A DNA stretch of 64,000 bases, from the NCBI GenBank assembly GCA_964402975.1, contig CAYOEM010000001.1, positions 365,899-429,898 of the forward strand. The letters run 5' to 3'. Below the pieces are notes generated by a model. It was not told the origin of the DNA. It did no database searches and worked only from the letters and a program-made list of their open reading frames with translations. Each line of letters begins with the position of its first letter. The first letter of the stretch is position 1. Shown one piece after another: positions 18,431 through 28,246 of this stretch. The position numbers and the translations under genes are program-made. The stretch comes from an uncultured Polynucleobacter sp. (GTDB lineage: Bacteria > Bdellovibrionota_B > Oligoflexia > Oligoflexales > RGVZ01).

Positions 18431-18930
18431 TTTCATCAAAGAAATTTGTCATCGCTGCGTTAGCATTACCAATTATTTGTCTGGCGGGACTCACCATCCA
18501 GAAAGCCTCTATTAGGCAAAGAGGCCAGGAAATAACACTTAATATTACCGGCTATGACCCTCGTGATTTATTATCCGGACACTACTTAATTTACAATATC
18601 GACTATCAGACCCCAGACTTATGCGCTACTGACATGCAAGGCGAACGATCCGTGTACGTTTGTCCAGAGCAGGGAACACTACACTTCGACTCCCAGCCAG
18701 GAGAATGCTCTGTTTTCATAGCTGGACGCTGCGAGGGCAGACGATTTATCGCGGGCGTAGAGAGATTCTACATACCCGAAGAACACGCAAGGCCTCTTGA
18801 AAAACTTGTGATCGACAAGCGTGGCTCTGTGGTGCTGTCTGTCTCTGCAAGCGGTAAAGCTCAGGTCAAGGAGCTATTGATTGAGGGTCGACCTTGGTTC
18901 GATTATCTCAAGTCACATACCGAGAAATGA
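18427..18930 (+). CDS. GDYXXLXY-domain protein (membrane-anchored)
   Basis: N-terminal TM segment. ITGYDPRDLLSGHYLIYNIDY resembles the GDYXXLXY signature. The ATG at 18427 overlaps the upstream stop (ATGA). Confidence 0.6.
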   Translation: MISSKKFVIAALALPIICLAGLTIQKASIRQRGQEITLNITGYDPRDLLSGHYLIYNIDYQTPDLCATDMQGERSVYVCPEQGTLHFDSQPGECSVFIAGRCEGRRFIAGVERFYIPEEHARPLEKLVIDKRGSVVLSVSASGKAQVKELLIEGRPWFDYLKSHTEK

Positions 18931-18956
18931 AAAAACCCCGGATGTATGATCCGGGG
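18931..18956 (-). terminator. Intrinsic terminator between convergent genes (serves the minus-strand lipoprotein gene)
   Basis: 8-bp stem CCCCGGAT / ATCCGGGG with a 5-nt loop. A T-run follows on the minus strand (plus-strand A5 at 18931-18935). Confidence 0.6.
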
Positions 18957-18988
18957 GCCTATCGAAAAATCTTGGAAACCGTCAGCGA

Positions 18989-20089
18989 TTATTCCTGAGT
19001 CCCGCGTTCAAAGTCACTACCGTGACAGCCAGTAAACGCACTGCGGTCTCGATTTTGTTCACAGACTTGATGCGCGGCACCGGTACCCGCAGACGTTGTC
19101 ATATCAACTTCGATGGTCTCGGTAGTACCTGAGCAATCCCAGCCTGATGGCGCAGTTGGGCTAAATGTGTCTGGAAGCTTATCTGGCAAAGAAGCCACCG
19201 CCACTTTAACGGCATCTGGAGCCGTGGCGTTGTCTACGGTGATACCGTCAGCGCCAAATGTTGATCGGCTATTCCAGTTGTAGTTTTGGCCATTATACTT
19301 GCCGCTACCCTTGATGAAAGCTTGACCGATAGTGCCATTAAACATGGTAACACCTTGATCACTGAATTCATTTGTTGATCCCATAACCCCAACAGCAGAC
19401 ATCTTAATGACGCTGACGCCGCTATCAAGGAGCATCATGTCTACAAAGTTTCTAAATGTACCGCCATTTTGCTCAGAGTTTGTATCTTTCATTGACGCTT
19501 TGAGAAGCTTGATTCCATCTTGTGTCATATTAAACTCAAGATTTGATCCACCCGAATGGCCGTTGTCATTATGCATCGAAATGACGCTACCTTTGACTTT
19601 ACCGGACCCAGCATAGCCGCTGATATTAATCACTTGAGCAAGAGTAGAATCCTGACACTGATAGAGCTTTAGATTAGCAGAGTCTGAATTATCAACCCAT
19701 ATCTTTAGGACCTGCGATCCTTGAGGGGACTTTACATTAACGTGGTATTTTGTTCCAAACTTCATCTTCGCTGATTCTGCTTCAAGATGACAGAACATGC
19801 TGCCGACCTCGGAGAGTCTTTCTATCACCCTCTTGGTTTGCTCCATTGTCATGCAAGCTTCTGATGATTTCTTACCAATTAAATTTGAAGAGAGGTTCAA
19901 AGATGTCGTGCTTCCACCTGTAGCTTTCACAAGCGAGGACGGTAGTTGCAGACCAAGAGCCGTGGAGATTTTGAGGTCAGCAACTGATTCCGGCTTTTGC
20001 TCTTCCTTCTTTTCTTCTTTCTTTCCGCACGCCGTCGCGACAAGCCCAGCCACCAGCCCGAATTGAACGAGACCCCTGATAATCTTCAT
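18989..20089 (-). CDS. Lipoprotein, unknown function
   Basis: Lipobox VATACG followed by a KKEEKKEEQK linker. AGGAGG RBS. No catalytic motif seen. Confidence 0.65.
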   Translation of the reverse strand: MKIIRGLVQFGLVAGLVATACGKKEEKKEEQKPESVADLKISTALGLQLPSSLVKATGGSTTSLNLSSNLIGKKSSEACMTMEQTKRVIERLSEVGSMFCHLEAESAKMKFGTKYHVNVKSPQGSQVLKIWVDNSDSANLKLYQCQDSTLAQVINISGYAGSGKVKGSVISMHNDNGHSGGSNLEFNMTQDGIKLLKASMKDTNSEQNGGTFRNFVDMMLLDSGVSVIKMSAVGVMGSTNEFSDQGVTMFNGTIGQAFIKGSGKYNGQNYNWNSRSTFGADGITVDNATAPDAVKVAVASLPDKLPDTFSPTAPSGWDCSGTTETIEVDMTTSAGTGAAHQVCEQNRDRSAFTGCHGSDFERGTQE

Positions 20090-20270
20090 GGTTCCTCCTG
20101 TTGTTTAAGCACGAAAAAAATGTAGACATAGCCCTGTCAATGTTTTGTACAGGCTATAAGCTTAAGTGGTTTGATCACACATAGTCAAAAGGCGATGAGC
20201 CACTTTTTGATTAAGCAGCCACTAAAGCTCAAAAATACCCGTTTATTTATCGAAATAGAAAATTCTGGTA

Positions 20271-20582
20271 TCAGTGCCGACGAAGGCTTCGTCTCGCATC
20301 AATGAGCATCATATGAGTTTCATACTGAATTCTTGCTTCGCGACTTGCAGCTCCGCACCGCACGACATCTTCTATGTGCGCAACAAATTCGTCTGAAGCA
20401 AACGCTTCACGGGCTGCCTCTGAAGGCCCAAGCCCTGAAGACTTCCTAGCCACGGTCAAAGCCTTAAGTCGATCAGGGAGAAGCTGTGACAAGCGGTGAT
20501 AGACTTGACGATGCTCGCGAGCATCACTGGCAAATTGCTGGATGCGCCTGACTAGTTGTTCATGCAAAATTCGAAGGTTCAA
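20271..20582 (-). CDS. Hypothetical helical protein (103 aa)
   Basis: ORF only. Arg/Glu-rich with a helical-looking composition. Confidence 0.4.
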   Translation of the reverse strand: MNLRILHEQLVRRIQQFASDAREHRQVYHRLSQLLPDRLKALTVARKSSGLGPSEAAREAFASDEFVAHIEDVVRCGAASREARIQYETHMMLIDARRSLRRH

Positions 20583-20720
20583 AAGCCACCACGCTTATGT
20601 GTAAAAAATCATCACAACGGCAAGCATATACCATCAAAACCTTTGGATCGAGCAAGTTTTAGGCGTATCATACCAACCAGTATGGTTTTGCATGTATTTA
20701 GATTCATTGGGAGATTATTT

Positions 20721-21209
20721 ATGAAAGTCACGTTAAAACACGTCGTTTCAGCCATCTTGAAAATTACGCTTGGACTTTGCATCGCCAGCAACACTGGTTT
20801 TGCCGAACACCACGAGAAGGGCGCAAAGCCCGCTAAAAGCTCAACTGCCCCAACCAAGGCAGCCACACAGCCCGCAGCTAAGCCACTAGCGAAACCTGCG
20901 ACCTCTACGCAAGCTGCTCCACAAATAAAGGCAGCAACAGTCATCAAGTTTGACGCCAAGGAAGTCAAAGGCGCCAAAGTATGGCTTCCCAAAGACTCGA
21001 CGGCCAAAGTTGGCGAGCCAGTGACCCTGGAAGTCCACAATTCGCTGGAAGCGCCACATGGCTTTAAAATCGAAGGTTACGTTCCAGAGACCGCAATTGG
21101 TGCTGGTGAGACCAAGACTTTCACGTTCACACCAAAAGAAAAAGGCGTTTTAAAAGTGACCTGCCATCTTCATCCTGCCCACGTTGGTGCTGAGATCAAG
21201 GTGCAGTAA
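20721..21209 (+). CDS. Secreted cupredoxin-like copper-binding protein
   Basis: ATG at 20721 with GGGAGA upstream; the track ORF begins further upstream. Signal peptide and an A/P/K/T-rich linker. C-terminal beta domain with candidate ligands APHGF ... VTCHLHPAHVG. Confidence 0.6.
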   Translation: MKVTLKHVVSAILKITLGLCIASNTGFAEHHEKGAKPAKSSTAPTKAATQPAAKPLAKPATSTQAAPQIKAATVIKFDAKEVKGAKVWLPKDSTAKVGEPVTLEVHNSLEAPHGFKIEGYVPETAIGAGETKTFTFTPKEKGVLKVTCHLHPAHVGAEIKVQ

Positions 21210-21237
21210 GCTGGTTTCTTAGCAAATAGACGAACTT

Positions 21238-21268
21238 GGAGCGCTTTTAGACGGCGCTCCATTTTTTT
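21238..21268 (+). terminator. Intrinsic terminator of the cupredoxin gene, embedded in the 3' end of convergent galE
   Basis: Stem GGAGCGC / GCGCTCC with a 9-nt loop containing the galE stop codon, followed by ATTTTTTT. Confidence 0.6.
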
Positions 21269-22305
21269 GCCCAAGTCAGGGCATCACTAATTCCCTGGTC
21301 TATGGACCTCTCAGCCTGCCATTTTATAAGCCTCAAAGCCAAATCAGCGCTGGCAAAACTGCCCGCCACATCCCCAGGCCGCGGGGGCGCCTCACGCTTG
21401 TTGATCTTGGCCTTATAGACCCGTTCAAAAGCCGCGACTAATTCACGAACAGTTACACCGTTACCAGTACCAAGATTAATGACTCGGTAGTTAGCTGACT
21501 CCGACACAGAGCCACTCGGGACGATCGAACTGGCACTAAAAACATGGTCAAAATTCTCAATAGCTTTTACATGGGCACGGGCCAGGTCCCAGACGTGAAT
21601 GTAATCCCTGATTCCGCTTCCGTCTCTGGTCGGCCAATCAGTTCCCGTAATTTCGAAACAAGGGATCTTACCAAGAGCTACACTGACTAAGCGCCCAAGC
21701 ACGTGAGTCGGTTCTTTAACGTAGGCACCAGTGCGCATATTTGGATCGGCGCCAATGGGATTAAAGTAACGAAGCGCAATACCTCTCATCGAATAAGCGT
21801 CACAAAAATCTTTGAGAACCATTTCCATCATGAATTTTGTACGTGCATATGGACTAGACGGTTTAAGCGGAGCTGATTCTGTAACCATAAAACCATCTAC
21901 GACGTCATAGATCGAGGCTGATGAACTAAATACAATTCGACGACACCCAACGTCACGCAGAGCTCCGAATAGCTCTACCGACTTAGCTACATTTTCGCGG
22001 TAATACAGCTCAGGCTCGGTTACACTTTCTGGAACGATAATGCGAGCCGCGCAGTGAATGGCGCCGACAAGGGGACCTTCGGCAGCTACAATTTTTTGAA
22101 TAAGATTACGGTCCGCAATGTCGCCTTCATAAAAAATGCGGCCCTTTGTAAATGATCGTTGCCCACTAGAAAAATCATCCAATATGATCGGCGTCCAACC
22201 CGCATCCAGTAGAGCGGAACAGACCGTGGCACCGATATAACCGGCCCCTCCAGTTACGAGGACATTACCGCGGGAGCTCTTAGATTGGTTTTTTGATTCT
22301 GTCAT
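21247..22305 (-). CDS. galE: UDP-glucose 4-epimerase
   Basis: Rossmann motif VLVTGGAGYIG, active-site context SSPYARTKFMME (YxxxK) and overall SDR-extended length. Confidence 0.9.
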   Translation of the reverse strand: MTESKNQSKSSRGNVLVTGGAGYIGATVCSALLDAGWTPIILDDFSSGQRSFTKGRIFYEGDIADRNLIQKIVAAEGPLVGAIHCAARIIVPESVTEPELYYRENVAKSVELFGALRDVGCRRIVFSSSASIYDVVDGFMVTESAPLKPSSPYARTKFMMEMVLKDFCDAYSMRGIALRYFNPIGADPNMRTGAYVKEPTHVLGRLVSVALGKIPCFEITGTDWPTRDGSGIRDYIHVWDLARAHVKAIENFDHVFSASSIVPSGSVSESANYRVINLGTGNGVTVRELVAAFERVYKAKINKREAPPRPGDVAGSFASADLALRLIKWQAERSIDQGISDALTWAKKWSAV

Positions 22306-22507
22306 AAATAAAAGTCTTTTGTCTTACCTGTGGTGAAGGCCAAGAATGCCCGCCCCCCAAGCCCATGTCAAAGTAAAAAGGGCCTAACACCCTTACTTTA
22401 GCGATGTTCTTCAGACGACCATGGTGAGGAATTTAGGAGCTAAAAAGTATGCTTAAATACCCTAAGTTCCTACACTTTCTAGGGGGGATTTAAGTTACCC
22501 GGTAAAA

Positions 22508-23332
22508 ATGTCGTTAGTAAGAAGCTTAACTCGGAGGTTCACCTTGAGCGCCAGTCTAAGAGATATCCTGATCATTGCAGCCCTGATCACAAGCTGCTCT
22601 GAAGGATCTTTTTCTGGAGACTCCGACCGCCAAGGCATTATCAAGAAGCCGGCAAAACCATCAACCCCCGAGACACCTACTCCTTCCACAAACGACACAC
22701 CTAAGTCAGACGACAGCACGGTCGTAACCGACGACGGCGGTCAGCTCTGGGAGCCATGCAGCAGACAGCTAAGCGTTCCTGGAAGGGCCAACCCTTACCT
22801 AGCAGGCATGCCGGCAGGGACCTCGATTTCCTATAATTTTGCGGCCAGACCCGATCGGGCCGGCTCAGAGTCCCCCGTTCAGTTAGTTCCCGAAAAGCCT
22901 GACTGCCTGAAAGAAGGCGAAAGCATAACGTTCAATATATCAGGACGCATCTCCCACGGCGGATCACAAGCCACCAACGCTGATGGCAAGCAAAATGACG
23001 TCAAGTTTCACCAGAAAAATGGGATCCTGGGTAAGTCCAGTATTAGGGCGCCATTAAATTCCATGGTGGGAGTGTTCCTTGGTGACGGGGTACCAAACGG
23101 TAGCCCGGCTACTATGGACTTCTTGTCGGCATCAAGCCGAGACTACGCAAAGCTGACCCCTGGTGTTGGCCAGATTTTCTTCATCGGAGACGGTAAGCGT
23201 AGCAATGGAGCGCTTCAGGAAATTGTAGTTCCCGTCGGCGCAAAAAGACTATTTTTGGGGATCATGGACGGCTACGAGTGGAGTAACAACTCCGGGGAGC
23301 TTTCTGGCGGCTTTTCTACCAAAAAGAAGTGA
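22508..23332 (+). CDS. Lipoprotein, unknown function (beta-sandwich-like C-terminal region)
   Basis: Lipobox LITSC followed by SEGSFSGDSD and a KKPAKPSTPETP linker. The C-terminal pattern (PLNSMVGVF ... LFLGIMDGYEWSNNSG) is reminiscent of lectin-like beta-sandwich families, but this is not verifiable here. Confidence 0.65.
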   Translation: MSLVRSLTRRFTLSASLRDILIIAALITSCSEGSFSGDSDRQGIIKKPAKPSTPETPTPSTNDTPKSDDSTVVTDDGGQLWEPCSRQLSVPGRANPYLAGMPAGTSISYNFAARPDRAGSESPVQLVPEKPDCLKEGESITFNISGRISHGGSQATNADGKQNDVKFHQKNGILGKSSIRAPLNSMVGVFLGDGVPNGSPATMDFLSASSRDYAKLTPGVGQIFFIGDGKRSNGALQEIVVPVGAKRLFLGIMDGYEWSNNSGELSGGFSTKKK

Positions 23333-23339
23333 ATTCAAA

Positions 23340-24599
23340 TCACAAGCCTAACTTTGAAACAATATGCCAGCGAGCGATTTGAAAGTCCCTGATGGTCTCC
23401 AAACGACTGTGCCGAGCATCGAATAACTTATCAGACGCACCGAGTACATCTGGTGAATTTTTCACTCCTCGGGCGTACTCAGACTGGGTGATTTTGTAGT
23501 ATCGCTCAGCCCTTGCAATATTTTGCTCGGTCTCATGGACCTGATCATGCAACACTTTGAGCTGCGCCGTCTCTGACTCTAGATGGGCAGTAATAACTCT
23601 CTCTTTGTGAGATGCTAGTAATTTTGCCGCAGATGCTTCCTGCAACAAAGCACTAGCTTCCCGCTTTGATTCGAGCCCGGCGGGCAAATTTACCGTAGCT
23701 CGGAGGCCCATCGAAAATTTATTGGGTCCTAACCCATTTAATTTTTCTGAAGCATAAGACGACGTCGTTCCGTCTTTGTCGAGAGATGCGAAAATGTCTA
23801 ATTTTGGCCACCAAACTCGGCCCTGCTCCTCTGCGGCCAAAAAATACTGCTGTCCAACAAGCTCGTGGTCTTTGAATAAATAGCCAAACTGACTCGCAGT
23901 TACGGTGATTGGGGACCCGTGGTCATGGACAAACGATTCCGTCAAAATAAGCTTCGAATCTTTTTCTAGGCCCAATATAACTTTGAGTTCCTGGACGTCA
24001 TTTGAAAACTGAACGCTGGCCAGACTCACCAACCGCTTCAAGTCAGCTTCCTTAATTTCAAATTCGAAACGATCGGAATTCGCAGCAACTCCACTTCTAA
24101 TGCGTTTCTGGGCTCCATTGAGATTTTGCTTGTTGATATCAAGAGACACGTTTAGAAGCGCTAATTTTTCACGCAGATATAAAACCCGCCAATATATAGA
24201 ACTCGCACGATCAAGCTCCTCTGATATCACAAGTTTGAGTTGATTCGTGCGCCGCTCTGTCTCGAGATCGCGAATCTCATTTTGAATTCGGTCGCGACCG
24301 CCGCTATAGATATTTGATTTCAACTCAATGCCGTATTCCGAATCATTACGCCAGCTTGGAGTTTCGCTACGGGAAATAGCCGCGCCTGCGCGAACTTCTA
24401 AGGATGGTAGGAACGACCTCTCAAACGATCCTGCCCTGTCTCGAGAAGCCGACACGTCAAGCCGAGCAGCCGCCACTTTTGCGTTCTTTTCTTCTAGCAG
24501 CGCTTTCAGCTTATCAGACGTCAACTGCACGTCAGCAGCAAGGGTACGAACGCTCGTCAGCACGCTCGAGACGGCAATAATTAAATAACAAATGCGCAT
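23340..24599 (-). CDS. TolC-family outer-membrane efflux protein
   Basis: Signal peptide. Two-repeat coiled-coil-rich OEP-like sequence. Positioned at the end of the RND locus. Confidence 0.85.
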   Translation of the reverse strand: MRICYLIIAVSSVLTSVRTLAADVQLTSDKLKALLEEKNAKVAAARLDVSASRDRAGSFERSFLPSLEVRAGAAISRSETPSWRNDSEYGIELKSNIYSGGRDRIQNEIRDLETERRTNQLKLVISEELDRASSIYWRVLYLREKLALLNVSLDINKQNLNGAQKRIRSGVAANSDRFEFEIKEADLKRLVSLASVQFSNDVQELKVILGLEKDSKLILTESFVHDHGSPITVTASQFGYLFKDHELVGQQYFLAAEEQGRVWWPKLDIFASLDKDGTTSSYASEKLNGLGPNKFSMGLRATVNLPAGLESKREASALLQEASAAKLLASHKERVITAHLESETAQLKVLHDQVHETEQNIARAERYYKITQSEYARGVKNSPDVLGASDKLFDARHSRLETIRDFQIARWHIVSKLGL

Positions 24600-24602
24600 C
24601 GT

Positions 24603-25019
24603 TTACTTTCTCGGCTCAATATTGAAAGTGAGGTCGTCGGTATGACCTACTTTTAAATGAGTCACCTCCAGTTTTAGTGTATAGCGATGCACTCCCTTGG
24701 CATCGTAAACACCCTCGTAAAACCCATCTTTTGCTTCAAGCTTTATCTCTTCTGTCTTTTTTGTTCGCGGCATCACAGCCTTAGCCGTCATCTTAAAATC
24801 AGCGCTGACGGCAGGCTTCATATCTTTGTCGTATAAATATATTTTTAGATTTGAACCCTTAGATAAAACTTCGATGCGTGACTCATCCAGTGACTTAATC
24901 ATTCCTCCTTTGGGCGCCTTAATCGTGGTAGGGGCGTCGTGATTGTGACCCTCGTGCGAATGACCAACATTTGAGAGAAATCCAAAACAAACTGCCAAAG
25001 CCATTATAATTCTGCGCAT
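24603..25019 (-). CDS. Small periplasmic His-rich protein (possible metallochaperone) within the RND locus
   Basis: Signal peptide. The mature N-terminus is His-rich (HSHEGHNHD). The remaining ~110 aa is beta-strand-like. ATG chosen with a GAGGGG-type RBS; the track start at 25034 is a TTG. Much too short for an HlyD-type adaptor. Confidence 0.6.
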   Translation of the reverse strand: MRRIIMALAVCFGFLSNVGHSHEGHNHDAPTTIKAPKGGMIKSLDESRIEVLSKGSNLKIYLYDKDMKPAVSADFKMTAKAVMPRTKKTEEIKLEAKDGFYEGVYDAKGVHRYTLKLEVTHLKVGHTDDLTFNIEPRK

Positions 25020-25044
25020 AGTCTCACCCCTCAAATAAAGATTT

Positions 25045-28000
25045 CTAAACTCGTTCTTTTAAATTTTGCAAACTCACATGCCGCTCGGCAGAACGTCGGC
25101 CATACTTATAAAAAAGAGTCGGCGTAACAATTATATCAAGAAACGTCGATGACAAAAGTCCACCCACAATAACCACCGCCACGGGGTGTAGCACCTCGCT
25201 GCCAGGCTGGCCTTTTGCAAAGACAAGTGGCAAAAGAGCCAACGACGTGACGAGAGCTGTCATTATAACAGGCACAAGTCGCTCCTGTGATCCACGAATG
25301 ATCATCTCTTTTGAAAATGATTCTTTTTCAAATTTCATGAGATGAAGATAATGCGAAATCATCATAATCCCATTCCTGGAAGCTACGCCACATAGAGTCA
25401 CAAAGCCAATCAAACTAGCTACCGTTATCGAACGATTCGTGAAATAAAGCATGATTAAGCCGCCAATAAACGCAAGTGGTATTGTGGCCATAATCTGCGC
25501 TGTAATGGCCTTTGAGTGAAAATGACTCATTAAAACAAAAGCAATACCTACAATCGAAAGAATCCCGAATAGAAGAATTTTCTTGGTGGCTGCTTGCTGG
25601 CTTTCGAATTGCCCACCATAGGATACATAGTAGCCCTCGGGTAACGCGACTTTTGCCGCGACTTTCGACCGTATTTCTTTGATCAAACTGGCAAGGTCAC
25701 GCGAACTAACATTACCACTAATAACGATTCGTCGTTGTCCGTTTTCTCTATTGATCTCGTTTGGGCCAAAGGTCTCGTAAACGTCAGCGACCATATCCAA
25801 GCTAACTTTTTGCCCATTCGGCAAAACTTTCAGGATAGTTTTTTCCATACTTTCGATGTTGGCTCTTGAACTCTCATCAAATTGAAAGAATACGTCGTAG
25901 AGTCGGCTCCCCTCGATCACTTGAGCAACCTCTTCGCCGTTAAATGCTGCCTCAAGAAGCTCGGTTACCTGACCGGCACTTAACCCGTACCTAGCAGCCT
26001 CGTCTCTCAAAACATGAATTTTGACCTGAGGAATGAGCCCCTGTTCTTCCACGCGCAAATCAACGAGACCCTTGGTACCAGCGATAGCCGACTCAAGCTC
26101 AAGAGCCTTCTCGCGGAGAATATTGAGGTCATTTCCAAATATTTTAATAGCAATCGCAGCATTAACGCCCGACAGCATATGATCGATCAAGTGCGATATC
26201 GGCTGGCCCACATTGACTCCCACGTTGGGGAATTTTTCTTTTAATTTAATACGCAGTTCGTTTAATACGACCTCTCTAGGGCGACCGTCATTATGAAAAT
26301 CAACGTCGATTTCACTCACGTGAACACCAGCAGCATGCTCATCGAGTTCAGCTCGGCCCGTTCTCCTGGAAACAGATTTGACCTCTGGCGTGGCCAACAT
26401 AATGGCTTCTGCGCCAACGCCTATTTTATCCGATTCAGGAAGACTGATCCCCGGCGGAGCGATGATAGCGATCATCGCGGTACCTTCATTGAACTTCGGC
26501 AAGAAATCACGCCCCATCATACCCGCCAGCACCATAGATCCTGCAAAAAGCAAAGCAGACGCACTGATTACAAGCCAACTTTTTGGAAGCAGCCAATCAA
26601 GTAATTTTTTATCGATGACTTTAAGCTGGGCGACTAGCTTCGTGTCGGCATGTTGAGTTAGATTCCCGCCAAGGAAATAAGAGCAAAGGACTGGGGTGAG
26701 TGTCAACGAAACCACCAGAGATGACAACAAAGCGGCAAGGTAGGCAACTCCAAAAGGCGCGAATAGCCGCCCCTCAAGGCCGTCTAAGCTAAAAAGCGGC
26801 AGAAAAACCAAGGCGATGATGACTGTAGCAAGGACAATCGAATTTCTCACTTCGCTTGACGCCTCATAGATCACCGTCAGCACTGGGCGAGGATTGGAAA
26901 TCTGGGCATTTGCCCGTAAACGTCTAAAAACGTTTTCTACGTCAACAATCGAGTCGTCCACAAGCTCGCCAATGGCAATAGCCAGTCCACCTAAAGTCAT
27001 CGTGTTCACGCTCAGCCCAAAAAAACGAAATACGATCGCCGTCACAAGAAACGAAACAGGAATCGCCGTGATCGTGATAACAGACATTCGAAGATTTGCT
27101 AAAAAGATAAAAAGAATGGCGAAAACGAGGACGGTGCCAAATTTCAGCTTACCCATAATTCCATTGATGGATGCTTCAATGAAGTTGGACTGCTTAAACA
27201 CCTCGGTATTAACAACAACGCCCTTGGGAAGCGAAGGTTTGACCTCCTCAATAGCTTTAGAAATGGCTTTCGTGATGGTTACCGTATCGGTGCCTGCCTG
27301 CTTTTGAATGGTCATCACCACAGCAGGCTTGCCATTATAACTACCATCACCCCGCTTTAATTTTGGAGCTTCAACAACCTCTGCGATGTCGCCGACCAAA
27401 ACTGGCTTACCGAAATGAAGTCCTATAAATGTTTTTTTTATGTCGTCGATCGTCTCGACAACACCGATGTTACGCACGAGGTATTCCTGTCCGGCTTTTT
27501 CAAGAAATCCTCCTGTTGTGTTCTGGCTAATTTGTGCCAGCTCTTTATCGACTTGCTCCATCGTCAGCTGATGCAAATTTAGCTTCGCTGCAGATATTCG
27601 TATTTGGTACTGCTTAAGCCCTCCGCCAATGGAAATCACTTGGGCCACGCCGGCAATTGTCATGAGCCTCGGCCTAATTATCCATTCTGCAATATTTCTT
27701 ATCTCAATCGGGTCAACAGAGCCGTCGTCTGAGTACAAAGCAATCTGCTGGATCTGACCCATCAGAGAGCCCACCGGACCCATGATGGGAGAGATGTCAC
27801 GTGGGAGACGCTCTTTAGCTAAATTTATTTTCTCCTGGATAAGCTGCCGATTACGGTAGATGTCAGTTCCCCAACCAAACTCCACATAAATAGCCGAAAG
27901 ACCTATGCCTGACTGTGAGCGGATTCTTTCAACACCCATAAGCCCATTAAGTACTGACTCAATCGGCAAAGTCACACGTGTTTCCACCTCTTCTGGCGCC

Positions 28001-28167
28001 ATGCCGTGGGCTTCAGTCATGATCGTTACGGTGGGTTTTGTAATGTCGGGGAACACATCGATGGGAAGATTCGCAACAGTCAAAGAGCCATAAACCAGCA
28101 ACATGGCCGTTATGGCAATGACAAACATTCGGTGGTTAAGCGCAACACGAATAATGTGATTTAACAA
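25045..28167 (-). CDS. Heavy-metal efflux RND transporter, CusA/CzcA family
   Basis: 1040 aa with 12-TM RND architecture. The TM4 region GGLAIAIGELVDDSIVDVEN closely resembles the CusA/CzcA HME signature ([20 protein letters not shown] in CusA, quoted from memory). Confidence 0.95.
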   Translation of the reverse strand: MLNHIIRVALNHRMFVIAITAMLLVYGSLTVANLPIDVFPDITKPTVTIMTEAHGMAPEEVETRVTLPIESVLNGLMGVERIRSQSGIGLSAIYVEFGWGTDIYRNRQLIQEKINLAKERLPRDISPIMGPVGSLMGQIQQIALYSDDGSVDPIEIRNIAEWIIRPRLMTIAGVAQVISIGGGLKQYQIRISAAKLNLHQLTMEQVDKELAQISQNTTGGFLEKAGQEYLVRNIGVVETIDDIKKTFIGLHFGKPVLVGDIAEVVEAPKLKRGDGSYNGKPAVVMTIQKQAGTDTVTITKAISKAIEEVKPSLPKGVVVNTEVFKQSNFIEASINGIMGKLKFGTVLVFAILFIFLANLRMSVITITAIPVSFLVTAIVFRFFGLSVNTMTLGGLAIAIGELVDDSIVDVENVFRRLRANAQISNPRPVLTVIYEASSEVRNSIVLATVIIALVFLPLFSLDGLEGRLFAPFGVAYLAALLSSLVVSLTLTPVLCSYFLGGNLTQHADTKLVAQLKVIDKKLLDWLLPKSWLVISASALLFAGSMVLAGMMGRDFLPKFNEGTAMIAIIAPPGISLPESDKIGVGAEAIMLATPEVKSVSRRTGRAELDEHAAGVHVSEIDVDFHNDGRPREVVLNELRIKLKEKFPNVGVNVGQPISHLIDHMLSGVNAAIAIKIFGNDLNILREKALELESAIAGTKGLVDLRVEEQGLIPQVKIHVLRDEAARYGLSAGQVTELLEAAFNGEEVAQVIEGSRLYDVFFQFDESSRANIESMEKTILKVLPNGQKVSLDMVADVYETFGPNEINRENGQRRIVISGNVSSRDLASLIKEIRSKVAAKVALPEGYYVSYGGQFESQQAATKKILLFGILSIVGIAFVLMSHFHSKAITAQIMATIPLAFIGGLIMLYFTNRSITVASLIGFVTLCGVASRNGIMMISHYLHLMKFEKESFSKEMIIRGSQERLVPVIMTALVTSLALLPLVFAKGQPGSEVLHPVAVVIVGGLLSSTFLDIIVTPTLFYKYGRRSAERHVSLQNLKERV

Positions 28168-28188
28168 ATCAGCCCCTTTTGAACAAAA

Positions 28189-28225
28189 GCCCCGTTGGGG
28201 TTATTAGCCCCAACGGGTTGTTTTT
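28189..28225. terminator. GC-rich hairpin between the His-rich gene and the RND gene (terminator or attenuator, bidirectional appearance)
   Basis: 10-bp stem CCCGTTGGGG / CCCCAACGGG with a 7-nt loop. TTGTTTTT follows on the plus side and GCTTTTGTT on the minus side. Confidence 0.45.
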
Positions 28226-28246
28226 CAAGCTGTGTACGCCTGAAAA

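Noticed and set aside
20612-21040. 142-aa antisense ORF across the cupredoxin gene
   Set aside because: It sits opposite the Ala/Pro-rich linker of a gene with a signal peptide, an RBS and its own terminator. The composition (A/G/L/V-rich) is typical of a shadow frame.
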